A DNA stretch of 63,920 nucleotides, the filler included, from Octopus bimaculoides (lineage: Eukaryota): assembly GCF_001194135.2 (NCBI RefSeq). It is 7 parts of 7 records of this genome, joined end to end, with 100 filler letters (N's around TTAATTAATTAA, not from the genome) between each part and the next. Parts side by side here need not be neighbours in the genome. Positions count along the whole stretch, not along the records: positions 1 to 22,087 come from NC_069004.1; positions 22,188 to 38,709 come from NC_068988.1; 5 more parts are not named here. One strand, written 5' to 3'. The position numbers and the translations under genes are program-made. How positions within the stretch are numbered: position 1 is the stretch's first letter; every line of letters starts with the position of its first letter. Below the pieces are notes generated by a model. It was not told the origin of the DNA and searched no databases. It saw only the letters and a list, made by a program, of their open reading frames with translations. Below are positions 9,921-23,954 of this stretch, in pieces.

Positions 9921-10231
9921 TCACAGTCTTTTTCCTGACTGCTGTAATTGTACATTATATCCTTATAAATTGCCACATGGTTGGTACTTGTGGAGAGCTG
10001 TGATTATACATATCTTCAGTTGTAAACAAGTGGCTATTTGTCCTGTTTCTGGCAAAGCAAGAATATAAAGTATGACTTTATATAACCAGCAATTCATTTT
10101 TTAATGTAAATGATTTCACTGTTTAGAAAAGCCTACAGCTTGGTCAGCAATGACACAAATAACCTCAGCAGCTCAGCATATTTAATATTCAAACAGTTAA
10201 AACAACAAAACATTGTCACTTCACAAAAATT

Positions 10232-10402
10232 TTCTCTTTTACTCTTTTACTTGTTTCAGTCATTTGACTGTGGCCATGCTGGAGCACCGCCTTTAGTCGA
10301 GCAAATCGCCCCCAGGACTTATTCTTTGTAAGCCTAGTACTTATTCTATCGGTCTCTTTTGCCAAACCGCTAAGTTACAGGGACGTAAACACACCACCAT
10401 CG
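10232..10402 (-). mobile_element. SINE family A 3' module, cut by a gap
   Basis: Same tail and body as 7591-7760. Confidence 0.85.
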
Positions 10403-11689
10403 GNNNNNNNNNNNNNNNNNNNNNNNNNNNNNNNNNNNNNNNNNNNNNNNNNNNNNNNNNNNNNNNNNNNNNNNNNNNNNNNNNNNNNNNNNNNNNNNNN
10501 NNNNNNNNNNNNNNNNNNNNNNNNNNNNNNNNNNNNNNNNNNNNNNNNNNNNNNNNNNNNNNNNNNNNNNNNNNNNNNNNNNNNNNNNNNNNNNNNNNNN
10601 NNNNNNNNNNNNNNNNNNNNNNNNNNNNNNNNNNNNNNNNNNNNNNNNNNNNNNNNNNNNNNNNNNNNNNNNNNNNNNNNNNNNNNNNNNNNNNNNNNNN
10701 NNNNNNNNNNNNNNNNNNNNNNNNNNNNNNNNNNNNNNNNNNNNNNNNNNNNNNNNNNNNNNNNNNNNNNNNNNNNNNNNNNNNNNNNNNNNNNNNNNNN
10801 NNNNNNNNNNNNNNNNNNNNNNNNNNNNNNNNNNNNNNNNNNNNNNNNNNNNNNNNNNNNNNNNNNNNNNNNNNNNNNNNNNNNNNNNNNNNNNNNNNNN
10901 NNNNNNNNNNNNNNATGAATGAATAGAGGGATTTGTGAGAATTATGAATGGGGTGGTGTTAGCAGTGGTAGTGGGCTTTATGAATGGGGTTGCAAGATTA
11001 TGGATGAAGGGAACTGGTTGGCATTATGTTTTTGGTGCACAATAAGGCTGTTCTGTTTAAAAAAGATAAAAAAAAAAAGAGCTTGTTAAAAGTACATATT
11101 TTTTTAATAGACATTTCCAAAAGACAGATCTCAGTATTTCCTTAAATAAAAACAGCAGTTGTAGATGGGCAACATAAAGTAATCTTTTGTTGACAACAGA
11201 TCAGAATTGTTAGGTGTGTGTGTGTGTGTTGTATAACAGAGAGAGAGAGAGAGAAGGGAATACACACAAACATATACACAAAGAGAGAGAAAGAGTGTAT
11301 ATGTGCATACATGCATGTGTATATTATGCACATGCACTCATGCACAAACACACAGACATACACATATATACAGATATATATACATAATAAACATATTTAA
11401 ATATAATTATGTATATATGTAAGAACACGTCTCAACATTTATGCTAACATTCTTTCTCGTGTGTGTGTAAATGAAAATATATGCACGGTTACACACATTC
11501 ACATTATATATATGAATGAAACATTATTATATAACTGTATATTTATGTAAGTGTATTAGAAAGACAGAGTGAGGCTGAAACATGAAGAAAGATGAGTGAG
11601 ACTCAAACATGAAGAAAGATGAGTGAGGCTCAAACATGTAAAGAGACAAACCACCATCCAGTACCTTAGGTGTCATTAATGGGGTCTAC

Positions 11690-12390
11690 TTGGCTGGAAG
11701 TATTCGGGGCCAGGTCAGTAGTCTAAGAATATCATTCCCCCACCCATTAAGGCTCTGTGAAGTATGACAGTGCCTTTTCCATCTGACTAAACCAAAAAAA
11801 ACAAGGTGGTGGGGTAAATGCTGGACAATGAGGTCCTGGATATAAAAACTTAGATAAAACTTAGATTTTTGTTTCGACCAAAGATTGGTCCAGGCCATGT
11901 CTAACTTAATAGCACCACCTGATAGGATTATCTAAATCCTTTTTATAGTCAAGTGTGGTCTGTGGTCCATTCAAGTAGTGAGTTCTTATTGAGTGAGTTG
12001 TATCCAGGTATGGGTGGCTTGTCTGGTATTCCTTGAAGAAAGCTGTCTAGACTCCGTTTAAAGCTGATAGGATCCTTTTCCTCTTTTATCTGTTTCGGGA
12101 CAATGTTAAACAGGGCGGGGCCTGTTGAGGAAAAGAAATTATGCCGCAGTGCACCTATATGTTGTGATCATGAATTGAGCAGGGGACGTATGGCTCGTGG
12201 TCCCAGCCTTGGATGAACCTTGAAACTAATGTTCAGGTCGTTTGGGCAATGCTGGCGGTATATTTTCCACATTGTACAAATGATGTACCACTCGCGGTGG
12301 CGCTGGAGAGAGTAGAGCTTCAAGGCTTTAAGGCGGTCCCAGTAATCAAGATCAGTCATGCCTTCAATTCAATAAACAATCAGCACAGTC
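11690..12390 (-). mobile_element. CR1-type LINE 3' end (ORF2 C-terminus and probable 3' UTR)
   Basis: MTDLDYWDRLKALKLYSLQRHRE...RHNFFSSTGPALFNIVP...SFKRSLDSFLQGIPDKP is a typical CR1-group ORF2 tail. Confidence 0.8.
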
Positions 12391-13055
12391 AAGCATGAAT
12401 GCTTTTTGGTCACATGTCCTGAGACAGAACAACAACAACAACTGCAATAGATTTCACTCATGACTTCACTGGAGTATGGCTAGAAAGTACAATATTGTCG
12501 TTACTCAAACATTAAAGTACAGCTAGAAAGTACACTACTGCCCTCCTTGTTCAAAATATTTAAGTACAGCTACGGAGTACGATAGTGTCCCTGCTCAGAC
12601 ATATCTCAGCTATGTTACCAATCACCAGCTGAAATAGATCAGCTATTGATCTGCTTCTCAAAAAGTTTTTCCTGGTCACTTGATGAANNNNNNNNNNNNN
12701 NNNNNNNNNNNNNNNNNNNNNNNNNNNNNNNNNNNNNNNNNNNNNNNNNNNNNNNNNNNNNNNNNNNNNNNNNNNNNNNNNNNNNNNNNNNNNNNNNNNN
12801 NNNNNNNNNNNNNNNNNNNNNNNNNNNNNNNNNNNNNNNNNNNNNNNNNNNNNNNNNNNNNNNNNNNNNNNNNNNNNNNNNNNNNNNNNNNNNNNNNNNN
12901 NNNNNNNNNNNNNNNNNNNNNNNNNNNNNNNNNNNNNNNNNNNNNNNNNNNNNNNNNNNNNNNNNNNNNNNNNNNNNNNNNNNNNNNNNNNNNNNNNNNN
13001 NNNNATTGGTTGTTTTCGCAGTTGAGAGAGAATATTTTTACTGATTCAAACAAAC

Positions 13056-13123
<68 letters not shown>

Positions 13124-13599
13124 TATATATATACACATATATACACACATGTATATACTGTTATTGCTATATACATATTTGTAACAAATGCCTATATATA
13201 TATACACACACACACACATATATATACACATATATACACACACACATATATACTGTTATTGCTATATACATATTTGTAACAAATGCATATATATATATAT
13301 ATAATCAATAAGAAATGTATTTGTTATTGATTTGAGGGATTTTAAAAATAGAATTGAAGAAGAAGAAGGAAGAGGCGAGTGGAAGGAGAAGACGAGAAGA
13401 AGAGGAAATGGAAAAAGAAAGAAAGAAGGTAAGAAGGAAAACGGAAGAAGAAAGAAGTAAACAGAAAAAAAAAAAAAACTTTAAAATGAGGAAGAGGGAA
13501 ACAAAGCAGAAGAGGAAGAAAAGACAAAATATACAATTAAACTAATTTATCTGAATTGTTAAAGACCTTCTGTGCATTTTACCTGCATACACACGTCTT

Positions 13600-13970
13600 T
13601 CATCTTTTGCTTGGTTTAGTAATAGAATTGTGGCCTTGCTGGAGCACAACATTGGAGGGTCTCAGTCAAACGAGTCGAATGAAGGACTTATTTTCTATTT
13701 TAAACCTGGTATTTATTCTGTCGATCTCTTTTTCTGAACTGCTAAGTTATAGGGACATAAAGAAACCAACACCGGTTGTCAGAGGGTCAGGTAACAAACG
13801 CAAAGATACACGCAATGGATTTCCGTACAGTTTCTATTTACAAATTCACTCACAAGTCAACGGTCAGTCAAGGGCCATAGTAGAAGACACTTGCCCAAGG
13901 TGCCGTGCAATGGGACTGAAACTGAAACCATGTGGTTGCAAAGCAAGCGTCTTAACCACACAGCCATATA
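13600..13970 (-). mobile_element. Diverged SINE family A
   Basis: Head, CORE-like block and 3' module are all recognisable. Confidence 0.75.
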
Positions 13971-14016
13971 CACATATATATACATGATCTGATAAAAAAA
14001 TATTGAGAATGGGGTT

Positions 14017-14407
14017 ATTGTTGTTGTTGGCACTCGGTCGCTTACGACGTCGAGGGTTCCAGTTGATCCGATCAACGGAACAGCCTGCTCGTGAAATTAA
14101 CGTGCAAGTGGATGAGCACTCCACAGACACGTGTACCCTTAATGTAGTTCTCGGGGGATATTCAGTGTGACACAGTGTGACAAGGCTGACCCTTTGAATT
14201 ACAGGCACAACAGAAACAGGAAGAAAGTGTGAGAGAAAGTTGTGGTGAAAGAGTACAACAGGGTTCGCCACCACCCCCTGCCGGAGCCTCGTGAAGCTTT
14301 AGGTGTTTTCGCTCAATAAACACTCACAACGCCCGGTCTGGGAATCGAAACCGCGATTCTATGACTGCGAGTCTGCTGCCCTAACCACTGGGCCATTGTG
14401 CCTCCAC
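14017..14407 (-). mobile_element. Full-length SINE family B
   Basis: Near-identical to 6027-6417. Confidence 0.9.
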
Positions 14408-15521
14408 ATCAGACCTCATATACAAACAAATAGGCCCTGTAGTGTTTGAGTAAGAAACACCTCCTATTGTGATGCTAATGTTGATGCTACAATAAAATAC
14501 AAACAATACAGTTTGTGAAGTGGTCAGTGTTTATGTTAAGACAGTTTTTTTTTTTTTGGCAGGGAGGGGAACTATTTTGTCCAGCTGAAGACATGACAAT
14601 ATCTCTGGTGTGGCATCATGATGTAATGTACACAAGTACACTCGGTGAAAATTGGCTGTTGGTAATAGGAAGGGCATCCAGCTATAGACAGAAACCAGGA
14701 TGAATGTATAGGGGTACAAGTGAGATATGATCTTCTGATCCATCTATTGGGAGAAGTGACCCTGGATAAGAAATGACTGGAATTGAGATGACCTGTGTAG
14801 GACATGTCAACAGGGAAGCCAGATGATGATAATGACCATGATGATGGCTATGATATGATGATGGCTATGATATGATGATGATGATGATGATGCAAAATAT
14901 ATTATCATATTGATTTCATTTCAATAAACAGCTTTTTCGAACCAGAAATAAATAAACAAAACAAAAACAAAACCAAAGAAGAAAAAAACCCCACACAAAT
15001 CAATAAAATTAAACAAAATTAAATGAAATATGATAAAATATGGGCTCAAGGTTTGGTGGTTTAATTTTGTTTTGCCTTTATAAATGAATAAATAAATTTA
15101 AATAAAACAATTTTCAAAACGAAAAATCAAAAAAAAAAACCAAATGATGTTTTGCAATTTATTGAACCAATTTCCTCACTGTTTACCCTCTTCTAATAAT
15201 TAGAACTTTGCACTCGAATAATGGAACGTCCATATTTGTGATATGTGCCAACGTCACCCAATAATGATGATATAGTTCAAACTACTCAAAAACATAAAAT
15301 CTATCTGGAACATTAACCTGAAATTAACCAGAAAGGTGGAATTTGGGGTCAAATTTTTTTTTGGGGGGGGGGGTAATCTAGCCCCCCCCCCCTAACTCTT
15401 ATTCTTTTACTTCAGTTCTTGGAGCACTGCCATGAATAGATTTTAGTCAAACAAATTGGCCCCAGTACCATTTTTTTTTTTTTGTCTGGTACTTATTCCC
15501 TCTGTTTAACTCTCTTATATC

Positions 15522-15569
15522 GTCTCTGATAAAGGGATATCCCTCATATCCCTGAAACAGCTGTAAGGC
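15522..15569 (+). ncRNA. Decayed minimal hammerhead motif (G8A)
   Basis: GTCT-CTGATAA-AGGGATAT(5 nt)ATATCCCT-GAAA-CAGCTG-TA-AGGC. Confidence 0.55.
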
Positions 15570-15901
15570 TACCTTTCTCTTTATAAATGTCCTAGAAATT
15601 TCACACTGCCTTGGCTTTGTTGTCTCATCTTATTTAACACACACACACATATATATATATATATACACACACAACAGGCATTTTTCAGTTCCCATGTACT
15701 AAATCCACTCACAAGGTTGTGGTTGGCCCAAGGGTATAGTAGAAGATACTTGTCCAAGGTGCCACAAAGTGGGATTGAACCCCAAACCATGTAGTTGGGA
15801 AGCAAGCATCTTATTACACAGCCACACCTCCAACAAGCCTTTCACAATGCCCTCAAAGGCAGAACTTTTCAGTACCCTTCAAATATGTGTGTATGTGTAT
15901 G

Positions 15902-15946
<45 letters not shown>

Positions 15947-16659
15947 ATATATATATATATAATAGAAAATAGATTGAAGAACATGCTTTATTGCATAATA
16001 CTACAATTGTTTTATCATTGATTCATCAGAACAGACATGGTAAATCAATGTTGAAACAACTGTAGTGTTATACAATAAAGCATGCTGCTCGATCCATTTT
16101 CTGTTATCCATATTTCTGTATAAACTCTATGGATATAACAGAATTCCAGATGTAGATCCAGTGATATAATTGATTTCACACACACACATATATGTATTGA
16201 GTACTGTTTTTCATTTGTATATAGAAACGTGTGTGTGTGTCTGAGTAAATGTCTGTGTACACATGTCTGCTTGTATGTGTGTGTGTGTGTCTGAGTAAGT
16301 GTCTGTGTACACATTTGTGCTTGTGTGTGTGTGTGTGTGTGTGTGTGTGCATATCAAAACTGTAGATACATTTTTCCTTTCAATTTAATTCATAATTAAA
16401 ACTGACCGTTCACATTAAAAATAAATGTGAAAATTAAATTATTTTTTACAATGGAAACAACAGAATATAAAGAGAAACCGAAAAAGACAAAAAAAAAACA
16501 GTTGACATGAAAAAAAAATAATAAATAAAATCTTCAAATAAACAAAAGTTTGATATTAAAAATTTGAAACAGAAAAAACAAACTGTCTGTAATAATTTAA
16601 TTGTAATTATCTCATAACCTATAAAATTTACCGTTAGTAGTAATGATAATAATAACAAT

Positions 16660-17030
16660 CCTTTCTACTATAGGAACAAGGCCTGAAATTTGAGGGGAAG
16701 GGGCTGGTTGATTATGTTGACCCCTGTACTTACTAGGCATTTTGTGCAATGTGCTAACGATTCTATCAGCTAACTACCTTAATAATGAAGGCACAAGGCC
16801 TGAAATTTTGGGCGAGGGAACCAGTTAATTACATCGCCCCCCCCCCCCAGTGTTTCACTGGTACTTTATCGATATATATATATATGATGGGCTTCATTCA
16901 GTTTCCATCAACCAAATCCACTTACAAGGCTTTGGTTGGCTCAAGGCTATAGTAGAAAACTCTTCTTCAAGGTGCCACACAGTGAGACTGAACCCAGGAC
17001 CATGTGGTTAGGAAGCAAGTTTCTTACCAA
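16660..17030 (-). mobile_element. Cluster of SINE D fragments plus a SINE A 5' module
   Basis: Two aaggcctgaaattt..gattac..cccc blocks, then cagtttcc..aaatccac..caaggtgcca. Confidence 0.7.
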
Positions 17031-17039
17031 GAATTTCCA

Positions 17040-17830
17040 GAGAAGTTTCCCAGTGAGGGGAAAGACTACCTAGGACAATTCAGAGACAACCCCACACAAG
17101 AGCTCAGATTACTGTGATATATCCAGAACACCAGAAGCAGCTTCTTCCCATTTCTTCCCTGCTACTTAGAAAAATATACACAGGGTCGGTCCATTCAGCC
17201 TTGCTAATCTCGCTACTCTCACTCAACCTCCCCCCCCCCCCCCCCACACACACACACTAGAAGTAGGCAGAATCCCCTTCACCTTCCTCTTCAAATGGTC
17301 CTTGAAGTTGATCAGACCTTGGCCTGACAGGGAAATTCATGTCTTGAAAACTTTCAGATGAGTTTAACAAACCACTTATTTTGCCAAAGCCACCAAGAAG
17401 AAGAAGATCAGGAGACCTTCTTTGTCATAGGAAGGAGGCACATTCATTTTTATTAAAGACTTGGCAGATAGCCAGATTCTTTCTATAAGTGACAGTAGCT
17501 GTTTGACACAAACCCACTAATTGGTAATTACACACCTCAGACATATTGCACTTCCACACCAGTTTCAAACAGGTAAATGCCCCTATACAGCACTGCTATG
17601 CAAAAGACTTTTGGAAATTGTACACAGTTCCCTAACCTTAACGTTCTCTGGAAGAGACTGTTTAGATCGTTCTCACAGATGTCCAAAGCCATTCCCAGAC
17701 TGTTGTTGTTCATATTCTTCACTAACCCTCTATAGAATGTGAGAGTTATTTTACCAGCAATGGTGTTGCTCAGCTTTGAGATTGCTGGCAGTGCTTGGTA
17801 ATATTCTTGATGCCAAATGTTCAACCTTGG
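17040..17830 (-). mobile_element. Degraded Tx1/L1-type LINE ORF2 C-terminus and 3' end
   Basis: QLLSLIERIWLSAKSLIKMNVPPSYDKEGLLIFFFLVALAK*VVC*THLK...LINFKDHLKRKV, homologous to 32440-33225. Confidence 0.7.
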
Positions 17831-17838
17831 CCCAAGCT

Positions 17839-17839
17839 A

Positions 17840-17888
<49 letters not shown>

Positions 17889-17897
17889 TTAATAATA

Positions 17898-17942
<45 letters not shown>

Positions 17943-18202
17943 GTTTCAAATTTTGGCACAGGACCATCAATTTCAGGAGAGGGGATAAGTCGATTACACC
18001 CCCCCACCCCAGTGCTCAACTGGAACTAATTTTATCAACCTTGAAAGGATGAAAGGTAAAGTCAATCTCAGTGGAATTTGAACTCAGAACATAAAGATGG
18101 ATGAAATGCTGTTAAATATTTTGCTTGGTATGCTTACAATTCTGTCAGCTTGCCATCTTCTTCAACAACAACAACAACAACAACAGCAGCAGCAGTAGCA
18201 AC

Positions 18203-18247
<45 letters not shown>
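17839..18247. repeat. (TAA)n and (CAA)n microsatellites flanking a CpG-decayed SINE D (17940-18160)
   Basis: Direct inspection. Confidence 0.85.
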
Positions 18248-18559
18248 TTGGCAGTTTTATTTCTATTTCACAACTGAATGCTGTTGTTATCTTTAGAACT
18301 ACAATAAATATTTTCTTTCTCAAGGATGTACTGAGAAGGGTGGTCAGCTGCTATTTCTTATAGATCGAAAAGCCATGCAAAGGCTTCCTCATTATCTGCT
18401 TGGCATCAATACAGCAAGTACTAGTAATGTACTGGTGTTAATTCAATCAACTAAACACTTTCCATACAACAATTTTGGATTTATGCCAATCTAAACGAAT
18501 CAATACTCGACTTGTATTCAAACGTAAAATTTTATTTAAAAAATAAAAGTGTTCTATGT

Positions 18560-19050
18560 CGATGCTAATTTACATTGCAATTAACCCATTGTCTAACCTA
18601 TCAGTTACCATTCCTAAAGATCCTGCAATAACAACATCGTACATCTAGCATCTTTAGTCACTACATAGATGCAATCTCACACATAAAATCCTGGTACTAC
18701 TTCACTTTTATTCTTGCTTGATGCTTCTGATTCTAATTCCAATATATCTGCGTTACAACTGGAATTATTTCACAGTCTTTCTCTATTCTTTCTTACATCA
18801 ATATTTTGTCTCCCACTCATATTGGAATGGTGAAATCTCAGAGAATTTCTTTGTTTTAGAACCCAATTGATAGCAGAGCCAGAGCGCTGGTATTCATACC
18901 ATTCTTCTGCCATGTAGAAACGATACTTTGCACATTATTCCCTGTGGACAATCTATGCAACATTCTCATTATCTTCTCTTATATTCTAGTGGAACCAGTT
19001 TACTGCAATCGCTTATCAAAAATATTGCTATATTTTTTTTCCACCCTTCA
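18560..19050 (-). pseudogene. Degraded R4/Dong-type (restriction-like endonuclease) non-LTR retrotransposon C-terminus
   Basis: Frameshifted reading DCSKLVPLEYKRR*..NVA*IVH..WYE and VIAGSLGMVTDRL resembles CSKLAxxEYKRRHDNVARIVHW..WYEH and VVIGALG. Confidence 0.55.
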
Positions 19051-19889
19051 CCGTCACACATTCTATAGAATGGCGATTTATTGAATTTTATCTATATTGA
19101 ATTTGATGGTTTTTATAGCAAGAAAAGGAGAATGGGCAGAACTTCTGACCTTTACAGACCCTCATGCACTGGAGAGATTGATGTGCCAGATACCCAGTAT
19201 GAATATGGATAGGTGAATGTCCAGAAGGAGTGGGGTGGGGGTACAGCAGCAGCAATGTGAGGTGAGGGCCTGAACCTATTGCTTACAACAGAGTAAGCAT
19301 ATTAGACCAACCACCCATCCATCCAACCAGCCAACCAGCCAACCACAAAAATGAACGAATGAATAAATAAACAAATAATAAATGTACTTCTTAGAAACCG
19401 GTTCTTGTGTTACAAACATCAATGCTTCAAGTCTGAAGATTTCGGTCGGATTCTCTTACACATGACTGTGATTTAATCACAACACAGCTTTTATCCCTTT
19501 TACCAAAAAAAAAAAAAAACAATTTCGAAAAGAAATAGAAAAAAAAAAAAGCTAAACAACAACGAAAAAACAAACAAACCAAAAGCTAAAAATAAGCTTC
19601 TAGATATTTTGTTTTGTTTAAAAAATTTCCTCTTTGAATTATCAAGATATCTTCGCATTGAATTCTTCAGGCATTAGATATATTCTTTAGACTAAACAAT
19701 TACTTCATCTAACAGCAGTTCCACAATATTTCTTCGATGCCATTCTACACCAGCTTCTTCCTTACTCTATAAACATTCTTCACAACAAATCAATTTTCTT
19801 ACCTTCTGTCTTTCATTTATATAACCATACAACCAAGAGGTATATACCACCATCATTATTATTATTATTATTATTAGTTTAATCTACTT

Positions 19890-20290
19890 TGCCATGCTTG
19901 CATGGGTCAGATGGAATTTGTTGAGGCAGATTTTTCATGGCCAGACGCCCTCCTTGTTACCAACCCCTAACCTGTTTCCAAGCCAGGGATTATTTCTATA
20001 TGACAAGATACATATTCATGACCAAACAGGTAAACATTGTATGATGGTGACACTCTATTGTGACAACCCCCACTCAATATCAAGACAAGGAGACACAAAC
20101 ACACATATAAACATACATACATACATAGATACACACAAATGATGGACTTCTTTCTGTTTCCACTAACCAAATTCACTCACAAGGCTCTGGCTGGTCAGAA
20201 GTTATAGTAGAAGACACTTGCCCAAGGTGCCAAGCAGTGGGATTGAACTTGAAACCTCATAGTTGGGCAGTGAACCTCCCAACCCCACAA
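19890..20290 (-). mobile_element. Composite SINE: family A 5' module joined to an RTE-type 3' module
   Basis: Head at 20290-20140, a microsatellite, then gtgtctccttgtcttg...cccatgcaagcatgg. Confidence 0.65.
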
Positions 20291-20345
20291 GCATGTGTGT
20301 GTGTGTGTGTGTGTATACATCATATATATATATATATATATATAT

Positions 20346-21670
20346 ATCATCATCATCATCGTTTAACGTCCGCTTTCCATGCTAACATGGGTTGGACGAT
20401 TTGACTGAGGACTGGTGAAACCGGATGGCAACACCAGGCTCCAATCTGATTTGGCAGAGTTTCTACAGCTGGATGCCCTTCCTAACGCCAACCACTCAAA
20501 GAGTGTAGTGGGTGCTTTTACGTGTCACCCATATATATATATATATATATATATATCATCATCATTTATCGTCCGCTTTCCATGCTGGCATGAGTTAAAT
20601 GGTTTCAACAGAGAGCTGCACCAGGTTCCAATCTTATTTGGCACAGGGACTAACACACCAATACAGGTAGTCAAGCATGGTGGAGGGAGCAAACACAAAG
20701 ACACACACAAGTATATACATTAAATATATATATATATATTTATGTATATATATATGTGTGTATATATGTGTGCCCATGCCATGTTAAAAGCACACAGCAC
20801 ATACTGTAAAGTGACTGGTGTTTGGAAGGGCATCCAGCCATCAGCCACAGGAACCGACTCAAATCAGATTTGAACCTGGTGCAGCTCTGATTAAATTGTC
20901 CAAGATGTGTGTGAAATAATTTTTTTTTTAATGTCAACTTTTTAAAATAAATATTTGGTTTTCCATCATGTACTGAATCCTTTCTTTGNNNNNNNNNNNN
21001 NNNNNNNNNNNNNNNNNNNNNNNNNNNNNNNNNNNNNNNNNNNNNNNNNNNNNNNNNNNNNNNNNNNNNNNNNNNNNNNNNNNNNNNNNNNNNNNNNNNN
21101 NNNNNNNNNNNNNNNNNNNNNNNNNNNNNNNNNNNNNNNNNNNNNNNNNNNNNNNNNNNNNNNNNNNNNNNNNNNNNNNNNNNNNNNNNNNNNNNNNNNN
21201 NNNNNNNNNNNNNNNNNNNNNNNNNNNNNNNNNNNNNNNNNNNNNNNNNNNNNNNNNNNNNNNNNNNNNNNNNNNNNNNNNNNNNNNNNNNNNNNNNNNN
21301 NNNNNNNNNNNNNNNNNNNNNNNNNNNNNNNNNNNNNNNNNNNNNNNNNNNNNNNNNNNNNNNNNNNNNNNNNNNNNNNNNNNNNNNNNNNNNNNNNNNN
21401 NNNNNNNNNNNNNNNNNNNNNNNGTCCAACCCATGCTAGCATGGAAAGCGGACGTTAAACGATGATGATGATGATGATGATATATATATATGACAGTTGC
21501 TTGTTAAAAGCACCCAGTACACTCTGAAAATTGGTTGGCATTGGGAAGGGCATCAGGCAATAGAAACCATACCAAAGCAGATAGTGGGACATGGCATAAT
21601 CCTCTGGTTCACCATTCTCCTATCAGACTGTCCAACCCATGCTAGCATGGAAAGCAGATGTTAAATGATT
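20346..21670. mobile_element. Several family E copies and fragments around a gap
   Basis: tttaacgtccgctttccatgc and ctggatgcccttcctaac motifs at 20346, 20555, 20760, 21424 and 21490. Confidence 0.7.
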
Positions 21671-21935
21671 ACACACACACACACACACACACACATGCCA
21701 GCATGGAAAACGGATGATGATGAGGATATGTATACATATACGTGTGTGTCTGTGTCTGTATGCACACACAATGAGCTTCTTCTGGTTTCCATCTGCCAAA
21801 TTCACTTATAAGGTTTTGGTCGGCCTGAGGCTTCTTATAGTAGAAGACATTAGCTCAAGGTGCCATGCAGTGGGACTGAATCCAGAACCATGTGGTTGGG
21901 AAGCAAATTTCTTACCAGACAGTCATATGCACAGC

Positions 21936-21991
<56 letters not shown>

Positions 21992-22087
21992 AAAAGTGAT
22001 TACAATGCAAAGCAAATATATTTAATATTTCTATAAACCATAATCTTATAATCTGAAGATTTAATAAATAATTTTATTTAGGAATTA

Positions 22088-22187
22088 NNNNNNNNNNNNN
22101 NNNNNNNNNNNNNNNNNNNNNNNNNNNNNNNTTAATTAATTAANNNNNNNNNNNNNNNNNNNNNNNNNNNNNNNNNNNNNNNNNNNN
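22088..22187. other. Artificial scaffold spacer (44 N + TTAATTAATTAA + 44 N)
   Basis: The same 100-nt layout recurs at 38710, 47750, 54382, 60799 and 62016. The 12-mer gives stops in all six frames. Confidence 0.95.
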
Positions 22188-22235
<48 letters not shown>

Positions 22236-23900
22236 AAAACTCCATGCATGCATATATACATATCGATAACTTATATTGAGTAGAGAAAGGAAAGATTTAT
22301 GAAGTAATTTACGAACGGATAAAAACGAGAAAAGAAATTTGAAACATTTTTCAGGCCGAGAAAGGAAAGATGTCCATATATACACACATACATACATACA
22401 CACATACATACATACATACATACATACGCACAAACACACATACATACATACCTACCTACCAACCTACCTACCTCCCTACATACATACATACATACATACA
22501 TACATGTGTGGGTGTGAGAATGTGCGAGTGTGTGGATAGGCACACATATAAACGCGTAGTATATACAAATGCATAGATATACACGTAGACACATATACAC
22601 ACGCACATGTATATGCGAAAGCAAATATGCACGTGTGTGCCTGGTACGTATGTATGTGTTTCTGTAACACACACGCATATCTATACATACCTGTGTATGT
22701 GAGTGTTTGTATTTATATCAATTTAAATACACAACCGAAAGAGTTGCTTATAGTTTCATGCTTTTATGATACTTAAACAGGCATATTTATAAAGTACGCC
22801 ATGTATCTTAAAGCAATCTTTCGGTTGTGTGTGAAAATGTTCATGAACAACGCTGTGCAACGGAAGCAAACGATGAATGGAGTACATTTTTTGTTGAGTC
22901 TACCTCTATTGGGTCTTTAAATTACACACACACACACGTCCAGTTGGGGAACATATACGCCAATGAAACCGGGAAACCGGCCCTTATGAGCCTTATGGCT
23001 CGAGAAGGAACAAACAATACACACATACACACACACACACACACACACATACACACACACACGCACACACACACACACACACATATATACACGCACATAC
23101 ACGTAATATAAACACTCACTCACACACATATATACGTATATATATATATATATATATTCCACTTTTACCCGCTCCCATTGATTGCACCTAGTATAGCACT
23201 AGTGTAGCAATAATTGGGTNNNNNNNNNNNNNNNNNNNNNNNNNNNNNNNNNNNNNNNNNNNNNNNNNNNNNNNNGTGAGTAAAAATAAATACAAAAAAA
23301 GGGTTTTGTATGATCGTGTATAGAGGAATATATTATTTAATTTAATTTAAAAGAGTTCCAACTCTGTCTGTTTTTTATGTTTTATTTATATTCTTGTAAA
23401 ATTAATGTGGGATATAGAATATGGAATATATAATATATAGTATAAAAATAGATAGTACAATGAAATGAAGTATTGAATGTCTTATTGAATATATGGAATA
23501 TGTCTTATTGAATATATGAAATATTGAGTGTTCAATATAAAGGATTAAATATATAAAGGCGAATACGTATTTTCTATACCTTGTGGTATTTCATCATGGC
23601 CGGTATCTGACAGACTGTAATATACACATACACACACGCATAGACATATAGATATACACACGCATACATACAGATATATACACACACATACTTAAACAGA
23701 CATAAATAAATATATATATATATATAATATTTTAATATGTTGCCACATTTGTAATATGTCTTTTTTTCTACATTTTTTCGTGCAGCTGAAGATTGCTCTT
23801 CATATTGCATTTAAGGTAATGCTCACATTACTTAAATAAATTGAAGTAGCATGAAACGTGCGTACTGCAATCACTTTTGAAATCCGTGTTGCTTATTATT

Positions 23901-23954
<54 letters not shown>

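Noticed and set aside
15187-15281. Possible PGAP1 exon FELYHHYWVTLAHITNMDVPLFECKVLIIRR
   Set aside because: Weak acceptor and no convincing match to PGAP1 as recalled.
22140-23162. ORFs of alternating YI, HT, CV or RE residues (also 34-36 kb, 54 kb, 59.5 kb)
   Set aside because: Translations of microsatellites.
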